DNA of 64,000 bases from assembly GCA_966243015.1 (NCBI GenBank), contig CBIMES010000002.1:48518-112517 (forward strand), in the 5' to 3' direction. Under the pieces are notes generated by a model. The model did not search any database and was not told the origin of the DNA. It worked only from the letters and a program-made list of their open reading frames with translations. Shown here one piece after another: positions 35,862-44,752 of this stretch (its first letter is position 1; the number at the start of each line of letters is the position of its first letter). Position numbers and translations under genes: made by a program. Source of the stretch: an uncultured bacterium. GTDB taxonomy: Bacteria; Patescibacteriota; Minisyncoccia; Phycocordibacterales; UBA6065.

Positions 35862-37175
35862 CTATCTGAGAGCGTTAACCAGCCTTACCAGATCCTCAAT
35901 GGCGAACGCAACCGAGGCGAGGCTGGAATGTGATTCGACGCTTGATGTCACCGGCAGGGTCTTCCAGACGGTGTTTGGGGAAGACGATGCAAGAACCGTC
36001 GCCTGGGCCCTGCCGTCAGAATCCATGTAGTTTATCTTCTCAAGCTCAACCTGATAGATACCGCTCGCGCCCGGAGACAGGAAAAACGTGTGATACACAG
36101 GAACCTTCACCTGATTGTTTTCCTGCACCTTAAAGGCGACGCCGCTTGGCAAACCTGACGTCACGACACCGACTGACGGCACCGAGAAATACGAGAGCGC
36201 GCCATCAACGGGGGTTTTTACGCCATTCCTATAGACCGAGAACACGAACGAGCCCGGCTGCGAGAACGAATAATCATCTTCCCTGGCAAGAATCGATACG
36301 TTAAAGGTTGCCCTTACCGTCGTGGTAGCGCCGAACTGTGTAGACATACCGACGTGTTTTTCAATCGACGGGGTGCCGACAAGAGAGAACTCCGGTCCCG
36401 CGCCAACGCTGTTCGGCACGGGAGCCACGGCAGACCTCGCAGCAGGCGCCTTGTCCGCAGATACAATACCCATGTATATATAGAGCTCGACAAGGTTAAA
36501 CAAACTCATGTTTGCGGGCGCGCCCAGGGCTATCTCCCGCGCCTGCTGAGCCTTGGCGGGGGTAATGATGCCTACGCCTATAAAAGTCTCCGCAAGATCA
36601 GTGGCTGCCTTGTTCTGGGCTTGCGGAGGGGTAGATGTTGCGACTGGGGCGCTTTCGACAATCGAGAAAGACCCGCTCTGCTTATATCCCGTGGCAGTGC
36701 TCAGATACACGATGTAGTCACTCGCCACAGGAGTCGACGTCGCGATCTTCCAAGAAAACGATCCCGCGCTTGAGACCTTGCCGCTCGCCACTGGATTGCC
36801 CACAGTCTTGGACAGGACATTTTTGGTTGGGCCCGTTGATTTTCGATACACCGCGAGGCCAAGGCTGTTATTCGAAGTCGTGAGACCAGAAACCTCCCAC
36901 GAGATAGTCACCGTGTCGCCAACTTTGTAAGCCTCTCCTCCTGCGGGAGCCAGCGAATTAATGACCGGCTTTGCGCTCAAGGACGGCGCAGGAGCAGGCT
37001 TGGCCACCGTACTGTTAAGCACGGGCTTCGCCACCACGGTCGCCTTAGCGGGTGTAGACACCTTGGTTGGCAGCACATTGCCCCGGATCATTGTCTGAGC
37101 AGAGGTTGCCGAGACCGAGAGACCACACACGAGAAGCACCGCCGAGACCGACGCGACCGCAATAACGTTCTTCAT
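35862..37175 (-). CDS. Secreted hypothetical protein (437 aa), paralogue A of the inserted family
   Basis: Signal peptide MKNVIAVASVSAVLLVCGLSVSATSA, Ser/Thr/Ala-rich. Its C-terminal domain SVPSVGVVTSGLPSGVAFKVQENNQVKVPV...PG is shared with the 32031..33020 protein. Confidence 0.6.
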   Translation of the reverse strand: MKNVIAVASVSAVLLVCGLSVSATSAQTMIRGNVLPTKVSTPAKATVVAKPVLNSTVAKPAPAPSLSAKPVINSLAPAGGEAYKVGDTVTISWEVSGLTTSNNSLGLAVYRKSTGPTKNVLSKTVGNPVASGKVSSAGSFSWKIATSTPVASDYIVYLSTATGYKQSGSFSIVESAPVATSTPPQAQNKAATDLAETFIGVGIITPAKAQQAREIALGAPANMSLFNLVELYIYMGIVSADKAPAARSAVAPVPNSVGAGPEFSLVGTPSIEKHVGMSTQFGATTTVRATFNVSILAREDDYSFSQPGSFVFSVYRNGVKTPVDGALSYFSVPSVGVVTSGLPSGVAFKVQENNQVKVPVYHTFFLSPGASGIYQVELEKINYMDSDGRAQATVLASSSPNTVWKTLPVTSSVESHSSLASVAFAIEDLVRLVNALR

Positions 37176-37204
37176 GAAAAGATAAAAAGAGCTGATAAAT
37201 AAAA

Positions 37205-37252
37205 AACTCGCCCAACTACTCTTGATTCGTAAAGTGTTTGGGCGAGTTCTCT
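37205..37252 (-). promoter_or_regulatory. 5'-leader hairpin (11-bp stem aactcgcccaa / ttgggcgagtt, 25-nt loop) followed by a U-tract, ~25 nt upstream of the 35862..37175 start; candidate attenuator
   Basis: It sits between the promoter at 37267-37294 and the ATG at 37175 on the minus strand. Confidence 0.45.
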
Positions 37253-37266
37253 AAACTCACTCCATA

Positions 37267-37294
37267 AGTATAGTCGAAATTTTGAAAAAGTCAA
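37267..37294 (-). promoter_or_regulatory. Sigma70-like promoter TTGACT-N16-TATACT for the inserted secreted-protein gene
   Basis: The minus strand reads ttgact ttttcaaaatttcgac tatact. It lies downstream of the fusA terminator. Confidence 0.5.
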
Positions 37295-37308
37295 GATGTC
37301 GCAGACAG

Positions 37309-37336
37309 CAAAAGCCACCCTTTCGGGTGGCTTTTG
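37309..37336 (-). terminator. Rho-independent terminator after fusA (caaaagccaccc-gaaa-gggtggcttttg)
   Basis: 12-bp stem with a T-run. Confidence 0.65.
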
Positions 37337-37354
37337 TGTAAGTCGTGGTCAAAA

Positions 37355-39499
37355 TTACTTTCGAGCGGCAACGATCTCCTTCTCGACGTTTGGCGGAACA
37401 ACCTCGTAGTGGTCGAACTCCATGGTCGATGATCCCTGACCAGAGGTCATAGATCGGAGGGCGGTCGTGTATCCGAACATCTCTGAGAGAGGAACCTTTG
37501 CGGTGATGACCTGGGCCTGTCCTCGCATAGTGGTTCCCTCGATGAGTCCTCGCTTCGAAGCAATCGATCCAGTGATGTCTCCCATGAACTTCTCAGGGGC
37601 GATGATCTCGACCTTCATGATTGGCTCGAGGATAACTGGCTTAGCTCGCTTTGCCGCGTCCTGGAACGCCATCGATCCCGCGATCTTGTAGGCGATTTCA
37701 GACGAGTCAACGTCGTGGTACGAACCGAAAGTAAGCTCACACGATATGTTGACCATCCTGAATCCTGCGACAACGCCACGATCCATAGCCTCCTTAACAC
37801 CCTTCTCGACCGCTGGGATGAACTCGTTTGGAATAACTCCTCCCTTGATCGAATTGATGAACTCGAACTCCTCGTATCGAGACACGTTCTTCGGAACCTT
37901 CTCGCCCTCTGGCAATGGCTCCATGGGCTTGAGGGTGATTCGGGCGTGACCGTACTGACCCTTACCTCCAGACTGCTTAACATGCTTATAGTCAGCCTCG
38001 GCAGTGCCCTGAATGGTCTCTCGGTATGCCACCTGAGGCTTACCGACGTTTGCCTCGACGCCGAACTCTCGCTTCATTCGGTCGACCATGATCTCGAGGT
38101 GGAGCTCACCCATTCCCGCGATGAGGGTCTCGCCGGTCTCTGGGTTAGCAGTGATCCTAAAGGTTGGATCCTCGTTCGCAAGCTTGCGGAGAGCGCTACC
38201 CATCTTCTCCTGGTCACCCTTGGTCTTTGGCTCAATGCGCATCGAGATAACTGGCTCAACGAACTTGATGGCCTCGAGAACAATCGGGTTGTTCTCGTCG
38301 CAGAGGGTGTGTGAGGTGAGGGCCTCCTTGAGACCTACCGCAGCGGCAATCTCTCCAGCGAACACGCGCTGAACCTCCTCCTTCTTGTCCGCCTGAAGTC
38401 GGACGATTCGCGAGAGTCGCTCCTTCTTGCCGGTGGTTGAGTTGTAGATGTACGAACCTGCCTCCACGCTACCCGAGTAGACACGGAAGAAGGTGAGCTG
38501 ACCGACGAATGGATCGTTCTGAAGCTTGAAGGCAAGCGCGGAGAACGGCTCCTTGTCGTCAGCGTGTCGGAGAATCTCCTCACCGGTGTTAGGATTAATA
38601 CCCTTAACCGCCGGGATGTCGAGCGGTGACGGGAGGTAATCAACGACAGCGTCGAGAACGAGCTGAACGCCCTTGTTCTTGAGCGCGGTACCGGTCATGA
38701 CCGGGAAGATCTTGCAGGCGAGAACCGCCTTTCGAAGCATCTTCTTGAGGGTTGGGACATCGAACTCCTTGCCCTCGAGGTACTCGGTCATCATCGCATC
38801 GTCTGTCTCGGCAATCTTCTCGACGAGCTCTGATCGGTACTTCTTTGCCTCGTCTACCATGTCGGCAGGAATCTCGTTCTCGATGACGTTCATGCCCATC
38901 TCGCCCTCGAAGGTGTAAAACTTCATCTTGAGGAGGTCGATGACTCCCTTGAAGTTCTCCTCTGCTCCCACAGGGATCTGGATTCGAACGCCGTTCTTGT
39001 TGAGTCGGTCGAGGATAGACTTGTACGACTTCTCGAACGAAGCTCCCATTCGGTCGAGCTTGTTGATGAAGCAGATTCGAGGAACGTTAGACTCGTCCGC
39101 GTATCGCCAGTTTGTCTCTGACTGTGGCTCCACTCCCGCAACGCCGTCGAACACGACGACTGCACCGTCGAGCACTCGAAGCGATCGCTTTACCTCTACG
39201 GTGAAGTCGATGTGGCCCGGGGTGTCGATAACGTTGAAGCGGTGCTTCATGCTGTTGTCGCCCTTTGGCATATAGGTAGGGTTCCAGAAGCAGGTGATGG
39301 CAGCAGCCGTGATAGTGATGCCTCGCTCTCGCTCCTGCTCCATCCAGTCGGTGACGGTCTCACCCTCGTGAACCTCACCGATCTTGTGGGTCATACCGGT
39401 GTAGTAGAGGATTCGCTCCGAGGTGGTCGTCTTTCCCGCGTCGATATGGGCGATGACTCCGAAGTTACGTACTTTGTCGAGTGGATAATCTCTATTCAT
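37355..39499 (-). CDS. fusA: Elongation factor G
   Basis: 714 aa with AHIDAGKTT and DTPGHIDF motifs. Confidence 0.97.
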   Translation of the reverse strand: MNRDYPLDKVRNFGVIAHIDAGKTTTSERILYYTGMTHKIGEVHEGETVTDWMEQERERGITITAAAITCFWNPTYMPKGDNSMKHRFNVIDTPGHIDFTVEVKRSLRVLDGAVVVFDGVAGVEPQSETNWRYADESNVPRICFINKLDRMGASFEKSYKSILDRLNKNGVRIQIPVGAEENFKGVIDLLKMKFYTFEGEMGMNVIENEIPADMVDEAKKYRSELVEKIAETDDAMMTEYLEGKEFDVPTLKKMLRKAVLACKIFPVMTGTALKNKGVQLVLDAVVDYLPSPLDIPAVKGINPNTGEEILRHADDKEPFSALAFKLQNDPFVGQLTFFRVYSGSVEAGSYIYNSTTGKKERLSRIVRLQADKKEEVQRVFAGEIAAAVGLKEALTSHTLCDENNPIVLEAIKFVEPVISMRIEPKTKGDQEKMGSALRKLANEDPTFRITANPETGETLIAGMGELHLEIMVDRMKREFGVEANVGKPQVAYRETIQGTAEADYKHVKQSGGKGQYGHARITLKPMEPLPEGEKVPKNVSRYEEFEFINSIKGGVIPNEFIPAVEKGVKEAMDRGVVAGFRMVNISCELTFGSYHDVDSSEIAYKIAGSMAFQDAAKRAKPVILEPIMKVEIIAPEKFMGDITGSIASKRGLIEGTTMRGQAQVITAKVPLSEMFGYTTALRSMTSGQGSSTMEFDHYEVVPPNVEKEIVAARK

Positions 39500-39623
39500 A
39501 AATTAGTGGCTAACGATGTTGGAACCCCCATTCCTTAAATAAAAAGCCAAGAGGAGACTCTTGCTAGGTAGGGATAGAGTATAGTAAAAGACGCCGAAAA
39601 TCAAGAAAGAACCTTTATGTCAG

Positions 39624-40229
39624 CTATTTGTAGAGCTTGGCACACTGTCGACATGATCCTATCTCGCACGCAGCCCCGTCACCTGTTGTGTTGATAGGGT
39701 CAGCCCAGTAGAATTTACCCCAATAACCTCCCAGTACTGCGCACTGCGCGAACGTCGGTTGGCCTGCGGCTTCTTCAGGGATATATCCGATCTGGAAGCT
39801 GTCTGTGCCGTACGAACTCACATCAACCACGTTCCCATTCTTATCTGTGACGAGACCTGCGATGAGCGCCACGGGCGATGCGTAAATGTAAGCGTTTGCC
39901 TCGCGCGTAGGCACAGGATCAATTGGAACCTTAGCCATATAAGGCGCGAGCGCGGTGTTCAAAGCATCATTACCTTTGTGATTGACGGCACACGTCTGAC
40001 TCGACGTCATACCGAGACAGGCCCCTTTTGTAACAGGATACGATCCCCCATGATCCAAGGCATAGAGATAAAGGGCCTTCGATATCTGGTCCATATCGGC
40101 AACGCGTTTTGCGTTCCTCGCCTTAAGTCGCGCCGCGTTCAGGCTCGAGAGCACGACGCTCGACAGCAAAGCGATGATCGAAATGACAACAAGAAGTTCA
40201 ATGAGTGTGAAGCCCTCTCTGCGATTCAT
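39624..40229 (-). CDS. Type IV pilin-like (prepilin N-terminal methylation domain) protein
   Basis: Start placed at MNRREGFTLIELLVVISIIALLSSVVL. The upstream ATG lies inside the rpsG terminator hairpin. Cys-containing C-terminal domain. Confidence 0.7.
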   Translation of the reverse strand: MNRREGFTLIELLVVISIIALLSSVVLSSLNAARLKARNAKRVADMDQISKALYLYALDHGGSYPVTKGACLGMTSSQTCAVNHKGNDALNTALAPYMAKVPIDPVPTREANAYIYASPVALIAGLVTDKNGNVVDVSSYGTDSFQIGYIPEEAAGQPTFAQCAVLGGYWGKFYWADPINTTGDGAACEIGSCRQCAKLYK

Positions 40230-40255
40230 ATGAATCGATGATACCACCGTTGAAA

Positions 40256-40287
40256 CAGCAAAAGCCACCATGTGGTGGCTTTTGCTG
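40256..40287 (-). terminator. Perfect 15-bp palindromic hairpin after rpsG (cagcaaaagccacca / tggtggcttttgctg)
   Basis: Seen directly in the sequence. The T-run is short (ttt), so it may be only a partial terminator. Confidence 0.5.
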
Positions 40288-40313
40288 TTTAAAACAATTC
40301 AGTAATTACCAAA

Positions 40314-40784
40314 TTACCAAGCAAAGTGAGCGAAGGCCTTGTTTGCCTCTGCCATCTTGTGCACGTTCTCGCGCTTCTTGACCGCCTCGCCCTCGTTCTT
40401 CGAAGCGGCGATAATCTCCTCGGCGAGCTTAACGGCGATAGGCTGCCCCTTCTTCGCTCGAGCCGCGGTAACGATCCACTTCATAGAGAGAGCCTGGCGT
40501 CGCTCAGGTCGAACCTCGACAGGGACCTGGTAGTTTGCGCCTCCGACTCGTCGCGACCTGACCTCAACCTGAGGGGCAGTGTTCTTGAGAGCGGCCTCGA
40601 GAACCTCGATAGGGTTCTCGACCTTTGCCTTGTCCTTGATAACCTCGAGGCAGTCGTACACGGCGGTTCGCGCGGTGTTCTTCTTGCCGTCGTACATGAC
40701 GTAGTTGATGAGCTTGTTTACTCGATCGTTGTCGAACTTGATGTCGCCGCCAATCGGCTTCCTTGCCTTAATTTTTCGTCGCAT
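40314..40784 (-). CDS. rpsG: 30S ribosomal protein S7
   Basis: 156 aa with a canonical S7 sequence. Confidence 0.95.
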   Translation of the reverse strand: MRRKIKARKPIGGDIKFDNDRVNKLINYVMYDGKKNTARTAVYDCLEVIKDKAKVENPIEVLEAALKNTAPQVEVRSRRVGGANYQVPVEVRPERRQALSMKWIVTAARAKKGQPIAVKLAEEIIAASKNEGEAVKKRENVHKMAEANKAFAHFAW

Positions 40785-40816
40785 AGATAGTTGTTGTTAG
40801 ATGAGAAAAAATGGCC

Positions 40817-41233
40817 TTACTTAGCCGCCTTTGGCTTCTTGGTGCCGTACTGGCTTCGACCCTTTCGTCGGGTCTCAACGCCCGCTGCGTCGAGCACTCC
40901 TCGAACCACTGAATAGCGGAGACCGACGTCCTTGACTCGTCCACCTCGAAGGAGAACCACTGAGTGCTCCTGAAGGTTGTGGCCCATGCCTGGAACGTAG
41001 GCGGTAACCTCCATGCCGTTAGAGAGTCGAACTCGCGCGATCTTTCGGATTGCTGAGTTTGGCTTCTTTGGGGTCTTGGTGGTCACCTTGATGCACACGC
41101 CTCGCTTGAACGGCGAGAAGAAGTATCGTGGCTTGTTCTTGAGAACGTTGAAGCTCTTGGTGAGAGCGACCGACTTGGACTTGCGCTTGATTGAGCTGCG
41201 CTTCCTCTTTACCAGCTGGTGAATGGTTGGCAT
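40817..41233 (-). CDS. rpsL: 30S ribosomal protein S12
   Basis: [11 protein letters not shown]...KKPNSAIRK... Confidence 0.95.
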   Translation of the reverse strand: MPTIHQLVKRKRSSIKRKSKSVALTKSFNVLKNKPRYFFSPFKRGVCIKVTTKTPKKPNSAIRKIARVRLSNGMEVTAYVPGMGHNLQEHSVVLLRGGRVKDVGLRYSVVRGVLDAAGVETRRKGRSQYGTKKPKAAK

Positions 41234-41462
41234 TCGTAATTATATGGCTAACTATATAAATATTTCCCGTGAGACAGAGTGTTCGCTTCGCAGGCTCGGG
41301 GCTTGAGATGGCCTATGGCCGCGCCACCGTCCTGTTACTCACCTGTCCCTCAATAAATAGCGTCTGGGACGCAGGTCAGAGATTACTACAAAAGAAGGTT
41401 TTCGGCAAATTTCCAGACTGTTTTTGCTTTACGGAGGGAAAAACCCTAGTATAGGGAAATCT

Positions 41463-42386
41463 ATGGCATCCAACGAAGAAAACCTCCCTCTCAAGCTCAT
41501 CCAGCGAAACGCGGACGAGCTTAACCTCAAGAACCCCCTCATGGTCGAGGGTGAGGCAGCCTTGTTCGCGGAATACCCTTCCCCTGTAGAGAGCGCCGTT
41601 GTCTTCCTACCCAAGAGCAAAGCCCTCATTAATATGACCCTCGCCCTGGTTTCGGGAATCGTCAAAGAGGACGGCATCATCGTCCTTGCAGGGACGAACA
41701 ATGCGGGCATTCGCTCGGCGAACAACGCCTACGAGACGCAGGTGGGCCCTGTCGAGAAGAAATTCGTGGGCAATCACTCGGCCCTCTATGTGGGCAAGAA
41801 CAAGAAGCTCGGCGCAGGCAAGAAAATCGCTGATTTCCTCTCATTCTCGAAGCTCTCGTATAAAGACACCGATCTAGACGTCGCCAGCCTCCCCGGCGTA
41901 TTCAGCGCAGACGGACTCGACGAGGGAACCAGACTCCTCCTCGACACCATCCCTTACGAGAAAAGGGCGAAGCGCGTGCTTGATATTGCCTGCGGCGCGG
42001 GAATTATCGGCGCAATATACAAAAAGAAATCACCTGAAAGCGACCTCACGCTCTCTGACGTGAGCCCCCTTGCTGTTGCCGCCGCCAAAGAGACCCTTAC
42101 AAAAAACACGATCGATGGATCTGTCGTACTCTCGGACGGGTTCTCGCGCATAAGCGGCACGTTCGACCTCATGGTGGCAAATCCCCCATTCCACACGGGA
42201 GTAAAAACCGATTATTCGTTTATTGAGAACTTCGCGGCAAATGCGCGCAGGCACTTGAATAAGAGCGGGGAAATATACCTCGTCGCAAACGCATTCCTCC
42301 CCTACAAGGAAAAGCTCGAACGCATCGGGCCAACCGAAATGGTCGCGGAGACCCCGAAATTTATCGTGTGGCGAACGGTCGCGTAG
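41463..42386 (+). CDS. Class I SAM-dependent methyltransferase, RsmC/RlmG-like (rRNA m2G type)
   Basis: VLDIACGAGIIG (SAM-binding motif) and ANPPFH (N2-guanine/N6-adenine catalytic motif). Start placed at MASNEEN (ATG 41463). Confidence 0.65.
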   Translation: MASNEENLPLKLIQRNADELNLKNPLMVEGEAALFAEYPSPVESAVVFLPKSKALINMTLALVSGIVKEDGIIVLAGTNNAGIRSANNAYETQVGPVEKKFVGNHSALYVGKNKKLGAGKKIADFLSFSKLSYKDTDLDVASLPGVFSADGLDEGTRLLLDTIPYEKRAKRVLDIACGAGIIGAIYKKKSPESDLTLSDVSPLAVAAAKETLTKNTIDGSVVLSDGFSRISGTFDLMVANPPFHTGVKTDYSFIENFAANARRHLNKSGEIYLVANAFLPYKEKLERIGPTEMVAETPKFIVWRTVA

Positions 42387-43182
42387 AAATCGCCTGAGCA
42401 TAGACACTCTCTATCTCAGCGGCGACAAGAGACTTGGCGAAAACGTAGACCGAATCGATGAGAAGGTTTCGCCCACACCCATTGGTACACGCGGCCAGGG
42501 CACCAAGCGTGGCGTTAAATGACGCGGGCACACCTGAGTTGGTTGAAGACAGGGTTGTGCCATCAAGCTTTCCGTCGACATACACCTTAAGAGTGGAGCC
42601 ATCATAGGTCCCCGCCAGGTGATACCAGCGTCCAGACTGTATTGCAGTAGAACCAGTCACCGACACTGCCGATCCATTCCAGATCCTAAAGGACGCCCTT
42701 CCCCCGCCAGTCACCTGGAGACTGTAGCCATTGTAGGCGCCGCAACAGTCTCGGTCGTTCGAGAAAATGTAGTTATATCCCGACGTCGTGTACTTGACCC
42801 AACCCATGACGGTAATGCTCCCGGCCATTGAGGAAAGAGAGACGTTCGACCCTGCGTTTACGTAAGGGGTGGTCCCAGACGAGGAGACGGAACAGCCCTT
42901 ACCAGTAGGCGTATCGGTCGAAAACGCCGCGCCGCCAGTCAAGGTGCCCGTATTGCCGTTGCCAGAGAGGTCGTTGGCGACAGTGCCGCTGCACTCGTCG
43001 AACTCCCATATACCCATAGCCTCGTCACCCGCGGCGTGATACACATTTGCGGCAAACTGCCGAGAGGCAGCAAGAGCGGCCTTCGATCGAGAAGCATTCA
43101 CGCTCGATATAACAACGCTCGAAAGAAGCGCGACAATGGCAATGACGACAAGAAGCTCGATGAGGGTGAATCCCCTTTTCAT
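42361..43182 (-). CDS. Type IV pilin-like protein fused to a LamG/concanavalin-A-like domain (second copy)
   Basis: Start placed at MKRGFTLIELLVVIAIVALLSSV. LamG-like region GRWYHLAGTYDGSTLKVYVDGKLDG. The ORF-track 73-aa N-terminal extension is rejected. Confidence 0.75.
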   Translation of the reverse strand: MKRGFTLIELLVVIAIVALLSSVVISSVNASRSKAALAASRQFAANVYHAAGDEAMGIWEFDECSGTVANDLSGNGNTGTLTGGAAFSTDTPTGKGCSVSSSGTTPYVNAGSNVSLSSMAGSITVMGWVKYTTSGYNYIFSNDRDCCGAYNGYSLQVTGGGRASFRIWNGSAVSVTGSTAIQSGRWYHLAGTYDGSTLKVYVDGKLDGTTLSSTNSGVPASFNATLGALAACTNGCGRNLLIDSVYVFAKSLVAAEIESVYAQAISTRPFATR

Positions 43183-43201
43183 ACAGTACAGTGTACCCAA
43201 C

Positions 43202-43819
43202 TTAAAGCCCTGTGAACACCCTGAAGAGGAGGGGCACGAGCGGCGAGAAGAACTGCCAGAAGAAGACGAGGAAGATGATGACGCCGAGGAAACCAAGCCT
43301 TTCAACCCTCTCGCGGAACGCCACGAAGCGCTGAGGCAGAAGAGTCGTGAGCACCTTCGATCCGTCGAGAGGAGGAATGGGGACGAGATTAAAAACGGCA
43401 AGCGTCAGGTTGATGATGACGATAATCTGAGACAACACCCCGAGAGGGCTCTCGAGAAGACCCTGTGGCCACACATAAAGGCGAATAAACGTGCCGAAGA
43501 TGAGGGCAATGATGATATTGGACAGAGGCCCCGCGGCGGCAACAAGCCCCTCTCCCCATCGCCTGTTACGGAGATTGTAGGGATTATACGGAACAGGCTT
43601 CGCCCAACCGAAGACAATACCCCCTGGCAAAAGAAGGGTTATGACGGGAAACACGATTGTTCCCATTATGTCTATGTGCCTGAGCGGATTCAGGGTGAGC
43701 CTGCCTTCGTAGGCGGCAGTCTTGTCGCCGAGAGCCAGGGCTGCGTATCCATGGGCTATCTCATGGATAATGACCGAAAACAGGAGGATGACGAGGGAGA
43801 AAATGAGTTGTAGATCCAT
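43202..43819 (-). CDS. Site-2 protease family (peptidase M50) membrane metalloprotease
   Basis: HEIAHG (HExxH) and the FNLVPIPPLDG motif; multiple TM helices. Confidence 0.8.
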   Translation of the reverse strand: MDLQLIFSLVILLFSVIIHEIAHGYAALALGDKTAAYEGRLTLNPLRHIDIMGTIVFPVITLLLPGGIVFGWAKPVPYNPYNLRNRRWGEGLVAAAGPLSNIIIALIFGTFIRLYVWPQGLLESPLGVLSQIIVIINLTLAVFNLVPIPPLDGSKVLTTLLPQRFVAFRERVERLGFLGVIIFLVFFWQFFSPLVPLLFRVFTGL

Positions 43820-43881
43820 AAAGTCTTGCTAAAGCAATAATCTCATGATAGCATGGCCAGCACTTCCTAGACATCATATTT

Positions 43882-44124
43882 ATGGCAAAGATTTGTCCAA
43901 TCACTAAGCGAACCTCACTCGTCGGCGGCGGATACTCAAACGCCACCCGAGCAACCCAGTACAATCCTACGGGCAAGGTTCGACGATACCTCAACCTTCA
44001 GTCAAAGAAGGTCTACATCCCTGAGCTCAAGAAGAGCATCCGACTCACCCTCTCTACCCGAGCGATCAAGACCATCAACAAGAACGGCGCGTTCGCAACC
44101 CTCAAGAAGGCAGGCCTCATCTAA
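43882..44124 (+). CDS. rpmB: 50S ribosomal protein L28
   Basis: MAKICPITKRTSLVGGGYSNATRAT...RRYLNLQ; 80 aa. Confidence 0.85.
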   Translation: MAKICPITKRTSLVGGGYSNATRATQYNPTGKVRRYLNLQSKKVYIPELKKSIRLTLSTRAIKTINKNGAFATLKKAGLI

Positions 44125-44126
44125 AA

Positions 44127-44156
44127 CGAAAACCGCCGCAAGGCGGTTTTTTCTTT
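44127..44156 (+). terminator. Terminator (aaaaccgcc-gcaa-ggcggtttttt)
   Basis: 9-bp stem with a T-tract after rpmB. Confidence 0.7.
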
Positions 44157-44197
44157 GACTTGCCGTTTGATCGAAGGAGGGGTAAGGTGAAAAAAGA

Positions 44198-44716
44198 ATG
44201 AGCTCCCAAACAAAACCCATCGTAGCGACCCTGTGCTACCTCATAGAAATCAGGGGCGGCAAGCAGAAAATCCTGCTCGCCCGGAAAGCTCGAACGCCAA
44301 AGGCCGTTAAATACGGCATTGCCAATCGCCTCAATGGCTATGGAGGGCACAAGGAAGACGGCGAGACGGTTCGCAGGTGCTGCATCCGCGAGCTTCGCGC
44401 AGAATCCGGAATCGCGGTGGAAAGCCGAAACCTCAAAGAGGTCGCCCGCATCACCTACGACAACAATGGTGACACCCAAGTGCTCGTCCACGTCTTTAAG
44501 GCTACCAAGCACAAGGGGGAACCAAGGAACTCGAACGAGATGACGGACCCTCGCTGGTATTCGACCGAGAACATCCCCTACGACCAGATGCCGTCTGGGG
44601 ACAAGCTCGTGCTCCCCCACATCATAAAAGGCGAGAAAGTGGAGGGGTTGATACGATACGACGAGAACAGGAACATCACCGATTACGAGATACACCTTGT
44701 CGACGATTTCTCCTGA
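44198..44716 (+). CDS. NUDIX hydrolase
   Basis: Nudix box GGHKEDGETVRRCCIRELRAESGI (G.{5}E.{7}REUxEExGU). Confidence 0.75.
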   Translation: MSSQTKPIVATLCYLIEIRGGKQKILLARKARTPKAVKYGIANRLNGYGGHKEDGETVRRCCIRELRAESGIAVESRNLKEVARITYDNNGDTQVLVHVFKATKHKGEPRNSNEMTDPRWYSTENIPYDQMPSGDKLVLPHIIKGEKVEGLIRYDENRNITDYEIHLVDDFS

Positions 44717-44752
44717 CGTCGACCCAAGGCGGGAGTCTGAAACTCCCGCCTT

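Noticed and set aside
41269-41454. 61-aa plus-strand ORF in the rpsL upstream region
   Set aside because: No RBS, no domain, and it lies in the divergent promoter region between rpsL and the methyltransferase gene.
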